Shown in pieces: positions 1 through 6,174 of a stretch of 11,598 nt of DNA. The notes under the pieces were generated by a model. It was not told where the DNA came from, ran no database searches, and was given only the letters and a program-made list of their open reading frames with translations. Position 1 is the first letter of the stretch, and every line of letters starts with the position of its first letter. The stretch is from Promethearchaeota archaeon (GTDB lineage Archaea > Asgardarchaeota > Lokiarchaeia > Sigyniarchaeales > SOKP01). Made by a program: the position numbers and the translations under genes. The stretch is taken from positions 1 through 11,598 of the forward strand of contig SDNY01000109.1 in the NCBI GenBank assembly GCA_004524535.1, in the 5' to 3' direction.

Positions 1-11
1 CTTATTTTTTT

Positions 12-73
12 TATTTAATTTAGAATTTCATTTAGCAAATTTATTTTTCTCTTAAAATTTATTAATTTGCCAT
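12..73. repeat. Direct repeat copy A (62 bp), left of the VapBC cassette
   Basis: Hand alignment with 999-1060 is ungapped with 57/62 identity (TATTTAATTTAGAATTTCATTTAG[c/t]AAATTTATTTTT...TATTAATTTGC[c/t]AT). Confidence 0.85.
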
Positions 74-119
74 ATTCTTCCTTGATCCAATCTTCAATAT
101 AGATAAAATGATTAAATTA

Positions 120-569
120 TTAAGAAACTATATATATTTTGGCTTTAAATTCTTCATTTATTTTTTTAATTACATCTTGAGATAATTCTCTTTCCTCCAA
201 GAAGAAAATCGGACAATCTTGGAACTGCCCTAAAGATATTGAAAAACAATCTGCAATTGCAATAGGATATTTACATTTTATTGCTCCAGCTTTTTCGAAC
301 AACCATGAGTCGCTAATGATATTTATAACATTCTCTATTTTGCTTAAAACGTTTTTAGCTATATTAGTACCTTTTTTCCGACAAATTATATAATAAATTT
401 CTGATTTTAATAAGTTATGTCCATATAATATGAGAGATGAGTTCTCATTAAATACATATTCTTCTAAGAGAGGTATAATCGATAATTTTTCATCCATGAA
501 ATATCCCATTAATACACTTGTATCTAATACTAAATTGCTTGTTTCGCTTAAAATTTCTTCAATAGACAT
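120..569 (-). CDS. vapC: PIN-domain ribonuclease toxin (VapC-like)
   Basis: 149 aa with N-terminal LVLDTSVL, a central SEIYY glutamate and IADC, the acidic PIN-fold pattern. It lies 6 nt downstream of a small antitoxin-like gene. Confidence 0.85.
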   Translation of the reverse strand: MSIEEILSETSNLVLDTSVLMGYFMDEKLSIIPLLEEYVFNENSSLILYGHNLLKSEIYYIICRKKGTNIAKNVLSKIENVINIISDSWLFEKAGAIKCKYPIAIADCFSISLGQFQDCPIFFLEERELSQDVIKKINEEFKAKIYIVS

Positions 570-575
570 TATTAA

Positions 576-857
576 TTATCCTTTTTTTTGTGTGAGAGGT
601 GCCCTTTCTTCCTCCCTAATCAATTCTTTCTTCTTTTCTTCTAAGTATATAGTCATTGCAGATTTGGGTAAAATCCCTTTCAATTTTCTGAATTCCTGTA
701 AATATCTCTTTCTATTTATATTAGTAGATTGACTATCCAGTAAAAATTTAATGATCTCATTATAAGTCACAGCACTTCCTTTTTCCTCTTCTAGTATTAA
801 CTTAATTTTAAAGAGCTTTTTTTTTATCTCATCATCAATTTGGATTGTGGTAGTCAT
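576..857 (-). CDS. Antitoxin, ribbon-helix-helix-like (archaeal VapB-type)
   Basis: 93 aa. MTTTIQIDDEIKKKL...VTYNEIIKFLL fits a strand-helix-helix DNA-binding fold, followed by a charged C-terminus. Directly upstream of the PIN gene. Confidence 0.75.
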   Translation of the reverse strand: MTTTIQIDDEIKKKLFKIKLILEEEKGSAVTYNEIIKFLLDSQSTNINRKRYLQEFRKLKGILPKSAMTIYLEEKKKELIREEERAPLTQKKG

Positions 858-871
858 TTTTATGTTTAACT

Positions 872-910
872 TATTCTATAAGTCTATATTTAATATAGGT
901 TTATAGAATA
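872..910. promoter_or_regulatory. 39-bp palindrome over the vapBC promoter (likely autoregulatory operator)
   Basis: TATTCTATAA-gt-CTATATT-t-AATATAG-gt-TTATAGAATA; 17 of 19 arm positions are complementary. It contains a minus-strand TATA-like TTAAATATA (893-885) about 30 nt upstream of the antitoxin ATG. Confidence 0.65.
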
Positions 911-998
911 TATAATTTTTTACTTTTAAAAGCAAGATACGAGAATAATGAAGAGACGAAAGCAGATATTTTAAAATACGCAAAAGAAAATTTTTTTA

Positions 999-1060
999 TA
1001 TTTAATTTAGAATTTCATTTAGTAAATTTATTTTTTTCTTAGAATGTATTAATTTGCTAT
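999..1060. repeat. Direct repeat copy B (62 bp), covering the CPBP 3' end and downstream sequence
   Basis: 57/62 identical to 12-73. Includes the last codons (I-A-N-stop) of 1049..1645. Confidence 0.85.
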
Positions 1061-1645
1061 TTTGAAATATTTTTTATAAATGCTGTAATAAAAATACATC
1101 GCTAAAGCAGAATGAATTCCGACACAAGGGAAAATTCCTAAGGTTAAAAGAATACATCCGTTAAACAAACCTAATAAAAAGGAATAACCAAGATAAATTA
1201 ATAAAATTCTTAGATTCTTATAGGCAAACCAGGTGTGAACGTGATACAAAGAAAAAATCAGACTTGAGATAAGTATGGCAAAAATAACTTCTAAATCTAA
1301 TTGGTTCAATAAAAAACCAATAATATAATATCTAAAAATTAATTCTTCTATTATCATGATTATCGGAAAGAAAAGCCATAGTCTTATTCTATTATCTTTA
1401 TTAATCATAACGTCAATGACATCGTGTTTTTTCATCTTTTCAATACTTTCGCTGTCATAACCATAAATTCCTATCAATTTTCCTATTAAAAGGAGTATAA
1501 GTAGGCTAAAAATTAAAATTAAAATCACAAATAGATTTAAATCATGTAAAAAGAGATATTCGATATAAATTCCTAAAAACATAGGAATAATTAAAATAAT
1601 TAGCGAAATTCCTAAAGTTGTGTATTTTCTAATTTTTCGCATCAT
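1049..1645 (-). CDS. CPBP-family (CAAX protease/Abi) intramembrane protease
   Basis: Hydrophobic 198 aa with EExxxR (EELIFR), FxxxH (FSLYH) and a C-terminal His (GIHSALA). Confidence 0.85.
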   Translation of the reverse strand: MMRKIRKYTTLGISLIILIIPMFLGIYIEYLFLHDLNLFVILILIFSLLILLLIGKLIGIYGYDSESIEKMKKHDVIDVMINKDNRIRLWLFFPIIMIIEELIFRYYIIGFLLNQLDLEVIFAILISSLIFSLYHVHTWFAYKNLRILLIYLGYSFLLGLFNGCILLTLGIFPCVGIHSALAMYFYYSIYKKYFKIAN

Positions 1646-1820
1646 TTTAAGTTTTTTGGAGGGACCTTAAATTTCATTAAAATAATAATTAGGTTATAAA
1701 ATCATGACATAAAAAATGTTATTATCTTGATTTTATACTACTGCGTAATTTATAAATACTATTTGATTCAATTTTTATTAAAATATAAAAATAATAATTA
1801 ATAAAAAAGATGTATCAAAA

Positions 1821-3338
1821 ATGACAGAGTTATATCAAAAGTTAGAAAAAATAGTCTCAGAAAAGTATATTTCAGACGATTTAATTGTTCGACATGCGTA
1901 TTCAAGAAATGTTGATCCTGTTTTACAAGGTATTCCCGATATAATTATTCGACCTAAAGACGCGAAAGAAATCTCTGAAATTCTTAAAATAGCCAACGAA
2001 GAAAATGTTCCAGTTATCCCTCGAGGAGGTGGAGATTGCGAATTTGGCGGTAGCAAACCAATTGGTAATGGTGGAATCGTTCTCGACATGAAAAGAATGA
2101 ATAATATTGTTAATTTGGACGAGGATAATCTCATAATTACTGTAGAGGCGGGGATATCGTGGGCAAAATTAAACGAGTTTTTATGCCATTTTGATCTGTA
2201 TACGGGGTGTATGGGACCAGGTTCTGGTATGACAGCATCAATTGGAGGGGGAATTTCTCATCATTCAGTGGGTGGTGGGGGTTGTGCTAAGTATGGTGCC
2301 TGTACCAATCAATTAATATCATTGGAGGTTGTTTTACCTACAGGAGAAATAATTGAAACTGGTTCCCAAGCAAATAAATATTCTAAATTTCCTTTCAATA
2401 GGTTTGGTAATGGTCCCGATTTGGCAGGCTTATTTTGTGGAGATAATGGCATTTTTGGTATAAAGACAAAGGTTTCATTACAGGTTTTCCCAAGACCGCC
2501 TTTTGCGGATTATAAAACTTTTATGATAACAAGAAAAACAGTAGAAGTTTCCTCTCAAATATTTAAAGAAATTAGAAAAAAGGGAATTGATGTGTATGAT
2601 GCCTTTTATATTCCCGACATAATTGTAAGTACCGGTACGGAACTCGGAATGTTTCCTTTATGGGAGAATATTAAGAGAAAGAGAGGAGTGTTCTTCTATA
2701 CAATAGAAGCCAATTCAGAAAAGGAATTAAAATCAATGGTCAATCAATTAGATCAGATTATTTTACAACATAAAGTGCAAGAACTTGGCCCTGAAATTTC
2801 AGAAGGAAATTATGCGAAATGGCATTATACCGAACAAGGACATTGGCAGACTTATCACAATCTCTGGGGGCTTCTTCCCGCTTTTGAGCCAATGACCGCA
2901 GAATGTTTCATTACAATAGATCTATATCCACAAATATTAAAGGATATTGATAATTGGAACCGCGAGAATAGTGCAAATTTGCAAAAAATTACAGAAATCG
3001 CTGGGTTTCCCCCTGTGTCGGGAACTGGTCCAATTTTATTGATTGATGGAAATAATGTGGAATTAACTTGTGGTTTTAACTCGTTTAATAGTTACAGAGA
3101 CGGAAAAAACTATGAGATTATTCATGAAATCAATATAAGATTATGGAAATCTCTACTAGAAAGAGTTACCAAATGGGGTGTCCAGTGGTACATGATGGGT
3201 GAAGTTGTTTCCCGTTTAATGGTGGATATTGGTGCTTACAATCCTGAATTCTATGAGTTAATGAAAAATATAAAGAAGACACTTGATCCAAAGATGATTT
3301 TATCTCGGGGAAAGTTTAATTTTTGGAATGATAAATAA
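1821..3338 (+). CDS. FAD-binding oxidoreductase, GlcD / D-lactate dehydrogenase / alkyl-DHAP-synthase (FAD_binding_4) family
   Basis: Motifs RPKDAKEISEIL, PRGGG, DMKRMN, TVEAG, ASIGG, LEVVLPTGEI, GPDLAGLFCGDNGIFGI and C-terminal IKKTLDPKMILSRGK. Confidence 0.9.
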   Translation: MTELYQKLEKIVSEKYISDDLIVRHAYSRNVDPVLQGIPDIIIRPKDAKEISEILKIANEENVPVIPRGGGDCEFGGSKPIGNGGIVLDMKRMNNIVNLDEDNLIITVEAGISWAKLNEFLCHFDLYTGCMGPGSGMTASIGGGISHHSVGGGGCAKYGACTNQLISLEVVLPTGEIIETGSQANKYSKFPFNRFGNGPDLAGLFCGDNGIFGIKTKVSLQVFPRPPFADYKTFMITRKTVEVSSQIFKEIRKKGIDVYDAFYIPDIIVSTGTELGMFPLWENIKRKRGVFFYTIEANSEKELKSMVNQLDQIILQHKVQELGPEISEGNYAKWHYTEQGHWQTYHNLWGLLPAFEPMTAECFITIDLYPQILKDIDNWNRENSANLQKITEIAGFPPVSGTGPILLIDGNNVELTCGFNSFNSYRDGKNYEIIHEINIRLWKSLLERVTKWGVQWYMMGEVVSRLMVDIGAYNPEFYELMKNIKKTLDPKMILSRGKFNFWNDK

Positions 3339-3609
3339 AACCGAAAAATAAATATAAACCAAATTCATTGAATATATTATTTAATGTATTAATAAAACAA
3401 TAGATATTTATGCACATTTTAAGCTACTGTATATATTTTTGTTCCACACCACCTAATTCAATTTTCATAACAAATAATTATTCTTTTTCATTAAGATCAA
3501 TATCAACATCCGCTGGTTTATATGTCTTTTTCGTCTATATATTTTTGGTCGAGATTTTGGCGATATTGCCATTAATATAAAAAAGGATAAAATATCGTCT
3601 ATCAAAAAG

Positions 3610-3634
3610 TATAAATATTATCATTTTTATGATA
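3610..3634 (+). promoter_or_regulatory. TATA box and palindromic operator of the second TA operon
   Basis: Purine-rich AAAAAG then TATAAATA (3610-3617) about 25 nt before ATG 3642. TATCAT-N4-ATGATA palindrome at 3619-3634. Confidence 0.5.
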
Positions 3635-3641
3635 TATATAG

Positions 3642-3908
3642 ATGCCTATCATAAAGCCAATATCTGATCTTAGGAACAATTTTAATGAAATCTCTGAAAT
3701 TTGCCATAAAAATGGTGAACCAGTCTTTATTACTAAAAATGGTCATGGTGATCTCGTTATTATGAGCATTGCGAAATATGAACAAATAGTAGCCCTTTTA
3801 GAATTATATCAGAAACTTGGAGTCGCTGAATTGCAAAGTGGTAATCCTGACGGACGCGTTAACCACTCTGAGATGATGAATCGTCTGAGGAATCGTCTCA
3901 ATGAATAA
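3642..3908 (+). CDS. Phd/YefM-family antitoxin
   Basis: MPIIKPISDLRNNFNEISEICH..GEPVFITKNGHGDLVIMSIAKYE is the typical Phd/YefM N-terminus. Overlaps the toxin gene by 8 nt (ATGAATAA). Confidence 0.9.
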   Translation: MPIIKPISDLRNNFNEISEICHKNGEPVFITKNGHGDLVIMSIAKYEQIVALLELYQKLGVAELQSGNPDGRVNHSEMMNRLRNRLNE

Positions 3909-4206
3909 GGAATTTATTATTGAATATCTTCCAATAGCACAACAAGATCTCGAAGAAATTTTCATATATATAAAGAAAGACAATATCGATGCTGCTGCAA
4001 ATCTCATTGATGAAATTGATCAAAAAATATCCCAATTAACTCAATTTCCTTATTTAGGAACAATTCCGAAAGATGACCGTTTAGAAAAATTAGGTTACCG
4101 CTTACTAATCATAAAGCAATATCTAGTATTTTATGTTGTAAAGGAGTCAGTTATAGAAATTCGGCGAATTTTACACGGTCGGCGTCAATATGATTTTCTT
4201 TTATGA
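3901..4206 (+). CDS. RelE/ParE-family toxin
   Basis: AQQDLEEIFIYI..DNIDAA, L.QFPYLG, YRLLIIKQYLVFY and IEIRRILHGRRQY are ParE/RelE superfamily signatures. Confidence 0.9.
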   Translation: MNKEFIIEYLPIAQQDLEEIFIYIKKDNIDAAANLIDEIDQKISQLTQFPYLGTIPKDDRLEKLGYRLLIIKQYLVFYVVKESVIEIRRILHGRRQYDFLL

Positions 4207-4336
4207 ATTTATCCTATTTTTTATTTTATTATTTAATTTGAAATACTTTTATATAAAATAGATATAAAAAAGATGCTTTAATTCAAAAGCATAATTCATT
4301 TTCTTACGAAAAAATATCTGGATTTAAGTAAAATAA

Positions 4337-4825
4337 TGTTTAAACGAACTATGTGGAATTTCGCGAGATAAAGCACGATATTGGCGAGATAAAGTTCATA
4401 ATATCGAGGGGAAAAAAAATTGGGGTTATGATCGATTCATAGATAAAACTGATAGAAGAATTTGGACTAAAGTTCCATCAGATTATGAAAATTCAGTTGT
4501 TAGAAAAGATAATCATCAAAGAAAATTTATGTTAGAACATCGTTATGTTATGGAAAGATATTTAGCTGAACATCCTGAGTTAGAAATTTCAAAAAAAGTT
4601 TTGATTGATGATAAATTTCTAAAATCAGAATGTCAAGTTCATCATATTAATTTAGATTATCAAGACAATAGAATTGACAATTGATATATTTTTGAAAATC
4701 AAGATCAACATAATGAAGCATCGAAATCATTGCATGCACTTGTAAATGAAGTATTAAAACAAGAAGAACTTATTTTTAAAGATGGAAAATATTATCTGAA
4801 GGAATACGAAATAAAAGAACTTTGA
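4337..4825 (+). pseudogene. Decayed HTH + HNH endonuclease (homing-endonuclease-like), absent from the ORF track
   Basis: One frame reads ELCGISRDKARYWRDK...FMLEHRYVMERYL...QVHHINLDYQDNRIDN*YIFENQDQHNE...LIFKDGKYY..EL*. Internal TGA at 4682-4684 where DNL normally has Leu; no in-frame start at the 5' end; terminal TGA at 4823-4825. Confidence 0.8.
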
Positions 4826-4870
4826 ATATAAGATGATAATTTTAAATTAAGTTCATTATAAATTTTATTA

Positions 4871-4878
4871 TTTATAGA
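4871..4878 (+). promoter_or_regulatory. Candidate TATA box for the Fe-S / GH116 transcript
   Basis: TTTATAGA ends 24 nt before ATG 4902, which fits a leaderless archaeal transcript. The AT-rich background makes this weak. Confidence 0.3.
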
Positions 4879-4901
4879 ATAAAAAATCATTATATAATAA
4901 A

Positions 4902-6171
4902 ATGTCAAAATTAAAAAATTTAAAAGAACAATGGCAAGCCATAATGTCCTGTATAAGCCTTAGAGGTTTACTCTAGGTTGCAGATGGGCTGTGGAGATTG
5001 TGGGTACGCCATTAGACCTGCTGTTGGACGCTACCTTACATGTCCGGTAAAGGAAGCGAAGGGTGAAGAAGGATTTGAGATTTATTTTTCCCGAGGAAGA
5101 ATGAATGTTTTGAAAAGTATTTTGGAAGGGAAATTAGCTTTAAGCAAAGAGCTAGCGGAGTATGTTTACCAATGTAGCGAATGTAAGAACTGTTCAGAGG
5201 TATGTCATGAAACCCATAATGAGAATATCGTTCTTAATACATCTAAATGGATTGATCATGTTGAAGTGTGGAATGCATTAAGAAAGGATCTTGTCGAAGC
5301 AGGATTTGCCCCGCTAGATAGGCATAGAGATTTAGTAGATTATATGAAAAATGATGCCATGAAGAATCCTTATGGGGAGGATTTTGCTAAAAAGTTTGAA
5401 TGGGCTTCAGATTTTTCAACTATAAAGGACAAAGGCGATTTAGTCTTCTTTGCAGGGTGTACTATGCCGTTACGACAACAAAACACGTTAAAAAATATGA
5501 TGAAAATTCTTAATGCAGCGGGTATGGAAATGGCTTTATCGAAGGAGGAGTGGTGTTGTGGCTCTATAGCTGCTCGTATAGGTGAATATAAATCTGTTGA
5601 CGAGCTCATGAAGCACAATATTGATATATTTAAAAATATGGGAGCAAAAACTGTATTTACTGCTTGTGCGGGATGCTATAGAACTCTAAAGAAGGATTAT
5701 CCTGAATTATTAGGAGAAGAATTACCCTTTGAAGTGAAACATATTACTGAAGTACTAATTGAACTTCTAAATAATAATAAAATTCCATTCAACCCAGAAA
5801 AAAGTGAGCCATTAAAAGTAACTTACCATGATCCTTGTCACTTAGGACGTCATATGGATCTATATGAAATACCGAGAGAAGTTATCGCAAAAATTCCTGG
5901 TGTTGAATTAATTGAAATGAAAAGGAATAGGAAACACGCCTGGTGCTGCGGTGCGGGAGGAGGTGTGAAAAGCCAATTTCCGGATTTGGCTAAAGACATA
6001 TCAAAGGAACGGATTAGAGAAGCCGTAGAATCCGGAGCAGACATATTAACCACCAGTTGTCCATTCTGTATAGGAAATTTCAGAGATGCTTATGAAGAAA
6101 TAGAACCTGGAATTAAAGAAAAAATTCGAGTAATTGATGTGATTGACTTTATAGCTTCAAAATTGAAATAG
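4902..6171 (+). CDS. 4Fe-4S dicluster + two CCG-domain protein (GlcF/HdrD-like), predicted spliced join(4902..4954,4986..6171), 412 aa
   Basis: Spliced N-terminus MSKLKNLKEQWQAIMSCMGCGDCGYAIRPAVGRYLTCP; second cluster CSECKNCSEVC; CCG motifs FAGC..WCCGS..TACAGC and YHDPCHLGR..CCGAGGG..TSCPFC. The track ORF at 4978 lacks the first Cys. The family call is firm; the exon structure is predicted. Confidence 0.88.
4955..4985 (+). other. 31-nt archaeal BHB (tRNA-type) intron in a protein-coding gene
   Basis: Central 4-bp helix CUGU(4949-52)/GCAG(4980-83); 3-nt bulges AUA(4953-55) and AUG(4984-86); exon stem GUC/GGC plus CCAUA/UGUGG; intron stem AGCC-u-UAGAG[GUUUA]CUCUA-GGUU. Cutting after the second nucleotide of each bulge removes 31 nt and restores the frame. 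Confidence 0.85.
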
Positions 6172-6174
6172 TAT

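Noticed and set aside
3578-4225. Possible terminal inverted repeats around the second TA pair (AAAAAAGGATAAA / TTTATCCTATTTTTT)
   Set aside because: Short, imperfect and AT-rich, with no target-site duplication seen; compatible with chance.
4363-4394. GCGAGATAAAG repeated at 4363 and 4384
   Set aside because: Two short in-frame copies within the HNH relic (RDK..RDK); not a CRISPR or iteron array.
4682-4684. TGA in the HNH frame as selenocysteine
   Set aside because: It replaces a normally conserved Leu, not Cys. The frame also lacks a 5' start, and I saw no SECIS-like hairpin.
4974-4976. TAG as pyrrolysine or read-through
   Set aside because: Read-through stays in the wrong frame (VADGLWRLWVRH*) and never joins the Fe-S ORF.
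4951-4983. Spliceosomal GT...AG intron
   Set aside because: Removing these 33 nt does not change frame and destroys the Cys codon. The gene organisation is also prokaryotic.
4953-4983. Programmed +1 frameshift or single-base sequencing error
   Set aside because: Either would leave about 10 extra residues between the first two Cys, and neither explains the exact BHB geometry.
4978-4986. ORF-track start (TTG 4978) of the Fe-S protein
   Set aside because: It lies inside the predicted intron and omits the first Cys of CxxCxxC. ATG 4902 plus splicing explains the locus better.
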